Of a stretch of 24,000 bases of DNA, positions 1 through 6,930 are shown piece by piece. Every line of letters starts with the position of its first letter. Position 1 is the first letter of the stretch. The position numbers and the translations under genes were made by a program. The DNA comes from Rhodoplanes sp. GTDB taxonomy: Bacteria; Pseudomonadota; Alphaproteobacteria; Rhizobiales; Xanthobacteraceae. Under the pieces are notes generated by a model. The model saw nothing but the letters and a program-made list of their open reading frames with translations. It was not told the origin of the DNA and made no database searches. Location: the NCBI RefSeq assembly GCF_013377085.1, contig NZ_JACAAX010000005.1, positions 82,547 to 106,546 on the forward strand, in the 5' to 3' direction.

Positions 1-891
1 CGAGATCACCCCGGAGATCGCCTTCACGATGGTGCGCGCCGCCGGCGACAGGCCGATTCCGTGGCGCCACACCACCCGGATGGTCCGTTCGAGGATGGGG
101 TCCTTGAGGGGCCGGTAGACCAGCAGCGGGTGCTCGCCCGGCGGCAGCGCCAGCCCCGGCAGCGCCGTGATGCCGACGCCCTGCTCGAGCAGGCCGTAGA
201 TGGTGACGAGGTTGGACACCTCGGAGGCGATCGACAGCCGCACATTGTGGGGCGCGATCGCATTGTCGATGAGGTTGCGGATGCCGTGCTCGAGCGTCAT
301 CGCGATGAACGGATGGCCCTGCAGGTCGGCCCAGCTCACCTCCGGCAGTTGGGCGAGCGGATGCGACTTGGGGAAGGCGCCGTAAAACCGATCGCGGCCG
401 ATCACCACGCCGTCGAGCGAGGGCGCCGCCGTCTCGAAGCTGCCGATGCCGAGATCCGCCTGGCCGTCCAGCACGGCCGTCGTGATGGCCGTGAGGTTCA
501 CGTCTCGCACAACGACACGCAGCCCGAGCCGCGAGGCCTCTCCGGCGATCACGGCCGGCATCAGCCGGAAGGCGATCGAGGGCAGGCAGGCCACCACGAC
601 CCGGCCGCGCTTGCGGGCGGCGGCCTCCTGGATGTCGGCGATCGAGGTGTCGACCTGGCGCAGAAGATGGCGCGCGGTGGGCAGAAACCCCATCCCCAGG
701 CCGGTGAGCTTGACGCTGCGGGTGGTGCGGTGGAAAAGCGAGCTGCCGATCTGTTCCTCGAGCTGCTGGATCGAGTGGCTCAAGGCGGGCTGCGACAGGG
801 CCAGTGTTTCGGCGGCCGCAACGAAGCTGCCCTTGTCGGCGACGAGGACGAAGGCGCGCAGTTGCCGGAGGGTCACATTATTCCGGTTCAT
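1..891 (-). CDS. LysR-family transcriptional regulator (C-terminus just beyond the window start)
   Basis: Not in the ORF track because it has no in-window stop. Reverse complement from ATG 891..889 reads MNRNNVTLRQLRAFVLVADKGSFVAAAETLALSQPALSHSIQQLEEQIGSSLFHRTTRSVKLTGLG..., a textbook LysR winged-HTH. By eye it stays open for 297 codons to position 1 (...GIGLSPAARTIVKAISGVIS). Divergent from the 1014+ cluster. Confidence 0.85.
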   Translation of the reverse strand, partial: MNRNNVTLRQLRAFVLVADKGSFVAAAETLALSQPALSHSIQQLEEQIGSSLFHRTTRSVKLTGLGMGFLPTARHLLRQVDTSIADIQEAAARKRGRVVVACLPSIAFRLMPAVIAGEASRLGLRVVVRDVNLTAITTAVLDGQADLGIGSFETAAPSLDGVVIGRDRFYGAFPKSHPLAQLPEVSWADLQGHPFIAMTLEHGIRNLIDNAIAPHNVRLSIASEVSNLVTIYGLLEQGVGITALPGLALPPGEHPLLVYRPLKDPILERTIRVVWRHGIGLSPAARTIVKAISGVIS

Positions 892-917
892 CGAATAATC
901 GTTTAGATCATTCGATT
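888..917. promoter_or_regulatory. Near-palindromic operator in the divergent promoter region (LysR-box candidate)
   Basis: ATCGAAT (890-896) - N13 - ATTCGAT (910-916) is a perfect inverted repeat. The extended arms catcgaataatc / gatcattcgatt match 10 of 12. It is AT-rich in a GC-rich genome and overlaps the regulator's own start codon, consistent with LysR autoregulation. Confidence 0.5.
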
Positions 918-1013
918 GGAAGACGCAATCAGAACCGTCGCATATATTTTGGGCGAGAGGCAGTGGATCGCTTTTCGGCAGCCCTCGCGGACATCGATCT
1001 TGGAAGGCTCATC

Positions 1014-1916
1014 ATGGCGATTTCGAGCGCGCGCCCCGACGTTCTTCTGGTTCCGCTGATCGACGTGAACTGGCTGGTCTACGCGCCGTTCGATCCCGGC
1101 CGCGATTTTCGCGTCGACCCGCCGAAGGTCGAGCAGAGCGTCGGCGAGACGCGCGGCCTGTGCCGCCTGCTGAAGGACATGACGGGTGGCAAGTACATCC
1201 TGTCGCCGCACTCGGGCACCTATTGCCGCACCGGCTATTACGACGGCGAGATGCTGGACGTGTACCGCGAGGCGGTCGCCGACGGGGCCGAGCTGTCGGT
1301 CCATCTGCACGAGGAGATCAAGGGAGCCGGCACGCGCTACATGGAGCGCGACCACGTCACTGCCGTGTATCTCGACTGCAAGCGCCGGCTGGAGAACGCC
1401 GGCATCAGGCCGGTCGCCTATCGGGGCGGCCACTACGCCTACACGCCGTTCATGAACGAGCTCTTGCCGCAGACCGGCATCGTCATCGACTGCTCGTGCT
1501 CGCCCGGCGGCAACCATCCGGACCGCGAGGCGATCTGGGTCCATGCCGAGACGACCGGGTATTATCTGCCGATGAACCCGCGCCTGCCGGCGGCCGGCCA
1601 AGTGCGCTCGAAGGTGTTCGAGATCCCGATCGGTTGCGACGGGGAGGGGGCCGCCTACAAGAACCTCCTGCATGTCGAGCAGTCCGAGCTCTACAATCTG
1701 CAGCGGGTGTGGGGCGTGATCCGCGAGCGTGCGCGCCGCAGCGGCCAGCCGCAGATCGTGCATTCGCTGTTCCACACCGGCTCGGTCGGCAAGCCGGAAT
1801 GGATCGAGCGATTCAAGCGCTTCCTCGCCTTCGTGCCGGACAACGGCGGCGAGTTCGTCACGACCGTGGAGGCGAAGGCCGCCTTCGACGCGAACCTGAA
1901 GGAGAACGCGGCGTGA
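1014..1916 (+). CDS. Hypothetical hydrolase, possibly polysaccharide-deacetylase (NodB)-like fold
   Basis: In-frame ATG at 1014 inside track ORF 804..1916; the upstream 70 codons are Arg-rich junk. The protein starts MAISSARPDVLLVPLIDVNW... and contains SPHSGTY, SVHLHEE and YRGGHYAY, loosely reminiscent of NodB-type metal and substrate motifs. The family assignment is weak. Confidence 0.6.
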   Translation: MAISSARPDVLLVPLIDVNWLVYAPFDPGRDFRVDPPKVEQSVGETRGLCRLLKDMTGGKYILSPHSGTYCRTGYYDGEMLDVYREAVADGAELSVHLHEEIKGAGTRYMERDHVTAVYLDCKRRLENAGIRPVAYRGGHYAYTPFMNELLPQTGIVIDCSCSPGGNHPDREAIWVHAETTGYYLPMNPRLPAAGQVRSKVFEIPIGCDGEGAAYKNLLHVEQSELYNLQRVWGVIRERARRSGQPQIVHSLFHTGSVGKPEWIERFKRFLAFVPDNGGEFVTTVEAKAAFDANLKENAA

Positions 1917-2902
1917 GCGGCCTCTGCCTGCTGGTCCAGCCGATTCATCCGCGTGGCGTTCGTGTCCTCGAAGCGGCCGGTCTCGTGGTGCGTCAGGCGA
2001 GCGCGTCGACCATGGACGCGGTGGCGCGCGAGGTGAAGGACGCCGTCGCGGCGATCACCCGCAATGCCGGGTTCGATCGCGACGCCATGGCGGCTGCGCC
2101 TCGTCTGCGCGTGCTCGGCAATCACGGCACCGGCTACGATCCGGTCGACGTCGCCTATGCCCGCGAGATCGGCCTGCCGATCGTCTACACGCCCTTCGCC
2201 AACGTGCAGTCGGTCGCCGAGCACGCGATCTCCCAGATGATGGCGATCGCCAAGCGCGTGCGCGAATGCGACCGCGCGGTGCGCCAAGACAATTTCGATT
2301 ACCGCTATGCCCGCGACTTCCACGAGCTGTCGGGCAAGACGCTGCTGATCTTCGGCTTCGGCAAGATCGGCCGGCGCACCGCCGAGATCGCCCGGCTCGC
2401 CTTCGCCATGCGCGTGCTGGTCTACAGCCCGAGCGCCGAGGATGCCGCCATCGTCTCGGCCGGCTGCGTGCCGGTCGGCGATCTCGGCCGCGCGCTCGCC
2501 GAGGCCGACATCGTCTCGTTGCATCAGCGCCTCACCCCGCAGACCCGCGGGATGTTCGACCGCGAGCGCATCGCCGGCATGAAGGCGGGGGCCGTGCTGG
2601 TCAACACCGCCCGCGGCGCCCTGGTCGAGGTCGACGCGCTCGTCGCTGCGGTGGAAAACGGGCATCTGCGCGGCGCCGCCATGGACGTGTTCGAGACCGA
2701 GCCGCTGCCGGCGGGTCATCCCTACGCGCGCTGCGACGGCATCCTGCTGTCGCCTCACACGGGCGGCGCGACCGAGGAGGCGCTGGAACGGACCGCCGTC
2801 GAGACCGCCCGCCAGGTCGTCGACGTGCTGGCCGGCCGACGCCCCGAATTCCTGGTCGATCCGGACGTGTGGGCCCGCCGCCGCGCCCCCGCGCACGCCT
2901 GA
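1913..2902 (+). CDS. D-isomer-specific 2-hydroxyacid dehydrogenase (NAD-binding, glyoxylate/hydroxypyruvate reductase / PGDH-like)
   Basis: GTG at 1913 overlaps the upstream stop (GTGA), in frame with track ORF 1160..2902. Contains the Rossmann motif GKTLLIFGFGKIGRRTA, NTARGALVE, and the catalytic-end motif LLSPHTGGATEEA typical of the family. Confidence 0.85.
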   Translation: MSGLCLLVQPIHPRGVRVLEAAGLVVRQASASTMDAVAREVKDAVAAITRNAGFDRDAMAAAPRLRVLGNHGTGYDPVDVAYAREIGLPIVYTPFANVQSVAEHAISQMMAIAKRVRECDRAVRQDNFDYRYARDFHELSGKTLLIFGFGKIGRRTAEIARLAFAMRVLVYSPSAEDAAIVSAGCVPVGDLGRALAEADIVSLHQRLTPQTRGMFDRERIAGMKAGAVLVNTARGALVEVDALVAAVENGHLRGAAMDVFETEPLPAGHPYARCDGILLSPHTGGATEEALERTAVETARQVVDVLAGRRPEFLVDPDVWARRRAPAHA

Positions 2903-2941
2903 TCCGAATCCCCGCGAACCGCCTCCCTCGAGAGTTAATCC

Positions 2942-3730
2942 ATGATCAAGAGCAACAAGGTCAAAGCCCTGCAGAAGGAGGGCAAGCCCGCCTTCGGCAC
3001 CTGGATCACGCTGTGCCCGCATCCGCGGGTGGTGAAAATCCTGGCGACGTCGGGCTTCGACTTCGTCATCATCGAGATGGAGCACACCGACTTCACCATG
3101 GAGACGGTCGGCCTGCTCGCCATGTATGCGCGCGAATGCGGCCTCACGCCGATCGTGCGGCCGCCCGGCACCCTGAAGCCGCACGACCTGACGCGGCCGC
3201 TCGACGCCGGCGCCCAGGGCCTGCTGCTGCCGTCGATCGACACGGCCGAGCAGTTCATGGAGATCGTCAAGGGTACGCGCTACCATCCCGTCGGCAACCG
3301 GCCGATGAACCTGCGCGGGCCGCACACCGATTACTTCGCCGGCGACCCCAAGCAGATGCTGGCGCATCTCAACAGCGAGACCATGCTGATCATCATGGTC
3401 GAGTCGCAGAAGGCGATCGCCAATCTCGACGCCATCCTGAAGACCGGCGCGGTCGACTGCGTGATGATCGGCCCCGATGATCTGTCGCAGGATCTCGGCA
3501 TTCCGGCCGAGATGCAGAACCCGGTTCTTCACGCGGCGTACGAGCAGATCTTTTCCATTTGCCGGGCCAACGGCGTGCCCTACGGGCTGTCGGCGCAAAG
3601 CCCCGAGATGGCCGAGGACTGGGTCGGCAAGGGCTGCACCTGGATTCCCTACCAGAACGACGCCGCCATGGTGCTCAACGCGGCGCGCGCCGTCGTCCCC
3701 AAGCTGATGAAGGCCGGCGGCCGGGCCTGA
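2942..3730 (+). CDS. HpcH/HpaI-family class II aldolase (4-hydroxy-2-oxoacid / 2-keto-3-deoxy-sugar-acid aldolase type)
   Basis: Track ORF 2942..3730. N-terminus MIKSNKVKALQKEGKPAFGTWITLCPHPRVVKILATSGFDFVIIEMEHTDF and later ...IMVESQKAIANLDAIL...VMIGPDDLSQDLG match the HpcH/HpaI aldolase pattern (G-x-W, D-F-V-x-I-D/E-x-E-H, E-S, D-L). Confidence 0.85.
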   Translation: MIKSNKVKALQKEGKPAFGTWITLCPHPRVVKILATSGFDFVIIEMEHTDFTMETVGLLAMYARECGLTPIVRPPGTLKPHDLTRPLDAGAQGLLLPSIDTAEQFMEIVKGTRYHPVGNRPMNLRGPHTDYFAGDPKQMLAHLNSETMLIIMVESQKAIANLDAILKTGAVDCVMIGPDDLSQDLGIPAEMQNPVLHAAYEQIFSICRANGVPYGLSAQSPEMAEDWVGKGCTWIPYQNDAAMVLNAARAVVPKLMKAGGRA

Positions 3731-3757
3731 ACACGGAGCCGGTTGATCGAAATTCCG

Positions 3758-3860
3758 GTCATTCCGGGGCGCACCAAAGGTGCGAACCCGGAATCCTGCG
3801 GCAAGCTCCGCGTGTTCGGCTGGATTCCGGGTCCGGCGCTCTGCGCCGTCCCGGAATGAC
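3758..3860. repeat. Nested-palindrome intergenic repeat element (REP/MITE-like, Rhizobiales 'attccggg' type)
   Basis: Outer inverted repeat gtcattccggg (3758-3768) / cccggaatgac (3850-3860). Inside are two hairpin modules: attccggg(3761-3768)...cgcacc-aaa-ggtgcg...cccggaat(3787-3794), and attccggg(3824-3831)...cggcgc-tct-gcgccg...cccggaat(3850-3857). It produces the spurious peptide strings (..FRVRTFGAPRND..) seen in antisense ORF 1691..3862. Confidence 0.75.
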
Positions 3861-3909
3861 ACCGAGGGGATCTTTGGAACCCGACATAACCCGCCAGACG
3901 GCTACGACG

Positions 3910-5208
3910 ATGAACCAGAGCGCCGAGGATCGCCGCAACGAGGCGCTGGCCGAAGGATCGCGCCTCGCCGCCTCGCTGTTCGGGACTCTGGCGGCCCGTA
4001 CGGCCGATCCGCCCGGCGTCACCCGCGTTGCCTATGGCGAGGGCGAGTGCGCCGCCTACGCCCTGATGGCGGACGCGGCGCATGCGCACGGTGCCGAGGT
4101 CGCCTTCGACGCCGGCGGCAACCAGTTCATCACATTTGCGGGACAGGACCGCTCGCGCACCCTCTACGTCGGCTCGCACCTCGACTCGGTGCCACATGGT
4201 GGCAATTTCGACGGCGCCGCCGGCGTAATCCTCGGCCTCGCCGCCGCCGCCGTTCTGGCGCGGCTTGGGCAGACAGCGCCCTTCGATCTCTGCGTGCTCT
4301 GCCTGCGCGCCGAGGAGAGCTGCTGGTTCCCGCACAGCTACATCGGCAGCAAGACGGCGCTCGGCCGGCTCGATCCTGCCGTGCTCGACACGGTGGTGCG
4401 CAGCGACACCGGCGAGACGCTTGCCTGGCACATGCGTGCGCTCGGCTTCGACCCGGAGGCGGTGCGCCGGGGCGCGCGCCGCATCGATCCGGCCCGGGCC
4501 GTCGCCTATCTGGAGCCGCATATCGAGCAGGGGCCCGTGCTGGTCGCCGAGGGACGGGCGCTCGGTCTGGTCACCGGCATCCGCGGCAGCTTCCGGTATC
4601 GCGACGCGGCGTTTCATGGGGCCTATGCCCACTCGGGCGCGACCCCACGGCGGCTGCGGCGCGATGCCGTGGTGGCGGCCTCCGAGCTGGTCGTCGCCAT
4701 GCAGGCGCTGTGGGAGCGGATGGAGGCCGACGGGCATGATCTCGCCGTCACGTTCGGGATCGTCGGCACCGATCCGGCCCAGCACTCCTTCTCCAAGGTG
4801 CCGGGCGAGGCGCGCCTGTGCATCGACGTGCGCAGCCGGAGCGAAACGACCCTGGAGGAGGTGCGGCAGCGCCTTGTCGAGTTCGGCCGTGGCATCGCCG
4901 ATCGGCGTGGTGTGCGGCTCGATCTCGGGCCGCTCGGCGGCAGCACCCCGGCCGTGATGGCGCCGCGGCTCCTGGACCAGCTCCGGGGCGCCGCCGTGGC
5001 GGCCGGCGTCGCGCCGATCGAGCTGGCGAGCGGGGCCGGGCACGACGCCGCGACCTTCGCCAATGCCGGCATCCCGACCGGCATGGTGTTCGTTCGCAAC
5101 GAGAACGGCAGTCACAATCCGGACGAGCGGATGGACATGGCCGATTTCGACCAGGCGCTGGCCCTCGTCGTCGCGTTGTTGGAGCAGCCGCCGGCGCGTT
5201 GGGCGTGA
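3910..5208 (+). CDS. M20-family Zn amidohydrolase of the allantoate amidohydrolase / N-carbamoyl-L-amino-acid hydrolase (AmaB/HyuC) type
   Basis: ATG at 3910, in frame inside track ORF 3559..5208; the upstream part crosses the repeat element. Motifs: LYVGSHLDSVPHGGNFDGAAGV, EPHIEQGPVL, GAGHDAATFA...GMVFVRNENGSHNPDE. Confidence 0.85.
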   Translation: MNQSAEDRRNEALAEGSRLAASLFGTLAARTADPPGVTRVAYGEGECAAYALMADAAHAHGAEVAFDAGGNQFITFAGQDRSRTLYVGSHLDSVPHGGNFDGAAGVILGLAAAAVLARLGQTAPFDLCVLCLRAEESCWFPHSYIGSKTALGRLDPAVLDTVVRSDTGETLAWHMRALGFDPEAVRRGARRIDPARAVAYLEPHIEQGPVLVAEGRALGLVTGIRGSFRYRDAAFHGAYAHSGATPRRLRRDAVVAASELVVAMQALWERMEADGHDLAVTFGIVGTDPAQHSFSKVPGEARLCIDVRSRSETTLEEVRQRLVEFGRGIADRRGVRLDLGPLGGSTPAVMAPRLLDQLRGAAVAAGVAPIELASGAGHDAATFANAGIPTGMVFVRNENGSHNPDERMDMADFDQALALVVALLEQPPARWA

Positions 5209-5226
5209 GCCCCGCCCCCTTGCCCA

Positions 5227-5254
5227 CTGCCCGGCCGTCCGGCAGCGGGATTTT
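5227..5254 (+). terminator. Candidate intrinsic terminator after the M20 hydrolase gene
   Basis: ctgcccgg (5227-5234) / ccggcag (5239-5245) form an imperfect GC stem with loop ccgt, followed by cgggaTTTT (T-run 5251-5254), about 20 nt after the stop at 5208. Confidence 0.45.
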
Positions 5255-5272
5255 GACGCACTGCAATAGTTT

Positions 5273-5302
5273 TTGACCAGCGAACGCCGGCGTGCCTATC
5301 AT
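5273..5302 (+). promoter_or_regulatory. Candidate sigma70-type promoter for the phasin gene
   Basis: TTGACC (5273-5278) - 18 nt - TATCAT (5297-5302), about 75 nt upstream of ATG 5378. A second TTTTGAC copy lies 20 bp upstream (5251-5257). Confidence 0.35.
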
Positions 5303-5377
5303 GCCTTCGTTCGCTCACATTGGTTCATCGGCTTCACGCCTGCCGCCATGCGGTCCGCGTGTTCCCAGGAGATCGCC

Positions 5378-5773
5378 ATGAAGACCGGGACGCCCTTCGA
5401 AATGCCAGGTGACATCCGTAAGATGACCGAGCAGAGCATGGAGCAGGTGCGCTCTGCCATTAACAGCTATCTCCAGTTCTTCCAGCGTGGCGTGCCGGGC
5501 ATGCCGGCGCTCGGCGGGAACGAGCTGAGCAACAAGGTCCTGAGCTATGCCGAGCGCAACGTCGCGACCGCGTTCGACTTCGCCCAGAGCCTGATGGCCG
5601 CCAAGGACGTGCAGGAAGTCCTGAAGATGCAGACGGAGTTCCTGCAGGGCCAGATGCAGGCCATGACCGAGCAGGTGAAGGATCTGAGCGAGACCGCCAT
5701 CAAGGCCGTCACCGATTCCGCCAAGATGGGCGGGATGCCCGGAATGGGCGGAAAGTCCGGCCCGACGTCCTGA
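5378..5773 (+). CDS. Phasin-family protein (PHA granule-associated)
   Basis: ATG 5378 in frame in track ORF 5273..5773. 131 aa: MKTGTPFEMPGDIRKMTEQSMEQVRSAINSYLQFFQ...AFDFAQSLMAAKDVQEVLKMQTEFLQGQMQAMTEQVKDLSE. This is the alphaproteobacterial phasin pattern (F-E-x-P, amphipathic helices, QxxFxQxQ). Confidence 0.8.
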   Translation: MKTGTPFEMPGDIRKMTEQSMEQVRSAINSYLQFFQRGVPGMPALGGNELSNKVLSYAERNVATAFDFAQSLMAAKDVQEVLKMQTEFLQGQMQAMTEQVKDLSETAIKAVTDSAKMGGMPGMGGKSGPTS

Positions 5774-5841
5774 TGCCGTGACTGGAGGCGGCTGCCGGGC
5801 CGACCGGCGGCCGAAGGCGGATCGCGTCTGCCGATGAACGA

Positions 5842-5875
5842 CGCCGTCGCCGGGCCGCACGGCCCGGTGACGGCG
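5842..5875 (+). other. Strong GC hairpin downstream of the phasin gene (no U-tract)
   Basis: cgccgtcgccgggcc (5842-5856), loop gcac, ggcccggtgacggcg (5861-5875). This is a 15-bp stem with one G:U position in the + strand RNA. It is not followed by a T-run. Confidence 0.5.
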
Positions 5876-5992
5876 TGGAGGAGGGGCGATTGCCGGTCGG
5901 CGTCGTACCCGCGTCGCGTTTTTGCGGCAGATTCACCCCCGTCCCGCCGGGCCGATTCGGCCCATCACTCCAGAGAAGGTTCGACCAGGAAC

Positions 5993-6706
5993 ATGCGAAC
6001 GATCACCTTGGGGGTCGTTGCGACCCTGCTCGCCGTCGGCACGGCCGAGGCGGCGATCGAGATCTCCGCAGCCCGCATCGAGGCGGGCGAGATCGTGGTG
6101 CTCGGGCGCGTCATCCGCGCCAACGAGAAGGTCACGTTCGACGACCGCTTCGAGGTGGTGTCGGGACGCGACCGGCGCTTCGTCTGGCGCGCGGCCTACC
6201 ACCCGGCCAAGTGCGTCGTCACGGTGAAGTCCGACCCGGACGTCCGCGACATCGTCATTGCCAATTGCGGCCAGACCGGCCCGAAGGGCGACGCCGGGCC
6301 GAAGGGCGATGCCGGTGTGGCCGGCGCCGTCGGGGCGACCGGCCCGCAGGGACCCGCGGGCCCGAAGGGCGACAAGGGCGAGGCTGCCGCGGCGCCGCGG
6401 CTCGCCGTCGGCACGGTCACGGAGGGGGCGGCTGCGGCCGCCACGCTCGTCGGCACGCCAGCCGAGCCGGTGCTGAATCTCGTGCTGCCCAAGGCTGCGC
6501 CGCCGCCAGCCCCGGCCGCTGTCGCGGTGCTGCGGGTGGTGACCAAGAGCTGCCAGGGCCAGGCCTCGTGCCAAGCGTCCTGCGAGGCCGACGAGGCGCT
6601 GCTCACGGCGGCGCCGAACCCGGCCGAGCGGACCCTCGTGGCGGCGACCTGGAGTGGCGAGGCCGTGCCGGCCGAGGTGCGGATCGTCTGCGGCAAGACG
6701 AAGTAG
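5993..6706 (+). CDS. Secreted collagen-like (G-X-Y repeat) protein with Cys-containing flanking domains
   Basis: ATG 5993 in frame in track ORF 5834..6706. Signal peptide MRTITLGVVATLLAVGTAEA|A. It has 13 uninterrupted G-X-Y triplets (GQTGPKGDAGPKGDAGVAGAVGATGPQGPAGPKGDKGEA), then an Ala/Pro-rich linker and a C-terminal Cys-bearing module (SCQGQASCQASCEADEALL...RIVCGKTK). Confidence 0.8.
   Translation: MRTITLGVVATLLAVGTAEAAIEISAARIEAGEIVVLGRVIRANEKVTFDDRFEVVSGRDRRFVWRAAYHPAKCVVTVKSDPDVRDIVIANCGQTGPKGDAGPKGDAGVAGAVGATGPQGPAGPKGDKGEAAAAPRLAVGTVTEGAAAAATLVGTPAEPVLNLVLPKAAPPPAPAAVAVLRVVTKSCQGQASCQASCEADEALLTAAPNPAERTLVAATWSGEAVPAEVRIVCGKTK
6269..6385 (+). repeat. In-frame collagen triple-helix repeat (13 x G-X-Y) with 18-bp tandem DNA duplication
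   Basis: Codons G93-A131 of the CDS. The DNA shows ggcccgaagggcgacgcc / gggccgaagggcgatgcc in tandem, and ggcccgaagggcgac occurs again at about 6358. Confidence 0.9.
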
Positions 6707-6733
6707 CAAGACGCTCCGTCGCGAGATCCGGGG

Positions 6734-6758
6734 GGCGACGGCGCGCACGCGCGTCGCC
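6734..6758 (+). terminator. GC-rich hairpin after the collagen-like gene (terminator candidate)
   Basis: ggcgacg(g)cgc gcac gcg cgtcgcc: 7 bp + 1-nt bulge + 3 bp, loop 4, located 28 nt after the stop. The left arm can alternatively pair with ccgtcgc at 6717-6723. There is only a weak T-rich tail (cttggccttgtat). Confidence 0.35.
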
Positions 6759-6866
6759 GCTGACGGATCTTGGCCTTGTATCGGCATATGAAGCATCGTC
6801 GCAGCCCGCGACCCGCTGGTGGGTCCCGCAGGCGGGCCCCGCCGGATGTTGCGGATCCGCCGTCGC

Positions 6867-6926
6867 CTCCCTAACCTGACGTCGTCGCATCACAGACGGC
6901 ACATACAAAGAACGACGTCAGGGAGG
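6867..6926 (+). promoter_or_regulatory. 5'-UTR hairpin able to sequester the Shine-Dalgarno of the TctC-like gene
   Basis: cctgacgtcgt (6875-6885) is perfectly complementary to acgacgtcagg (6912-6922). The upstream cctccc (6867-6872) is the exact complement of the SD gggagg (6921-6926), which lies 4 nt before ATG 6931. Confidence 0.4.
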
Positions 6927-6930
6927 ATCA

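Noticed and set aside
61-906. 281-aa plus-strand ORF at the window start (and nested 200..385, 446..898)
   Set aside because: The opposite strand encodes a clear LysR regulator (HTH at 891 downward). The plus-strand translation is Arg/Gly/Asp-rich with no motifs.
1014-1916. Possibility that the first cluster gene is a PuuE-type (polysaccharide-deacetylase-fold) allantoinase partnering the allantoate-amidohydrolase-like M20 enzyme
   Set aside because: The sequence does not resemble PuuE as I remember it: it lacks the HGYRW-type motif and has a different N-terminus. Only a generic NodB-like guess is retained.
1691-3862. 723-aa minus-strand ORF spanning the dehydrogenase and aldolase genes
   Set aside because: It is antisense to two well-supported genes, begins inside the intergenic repeat element (MSFRDGAERRTRNPA...), and has no family motifs. 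It is a shadow ORF.
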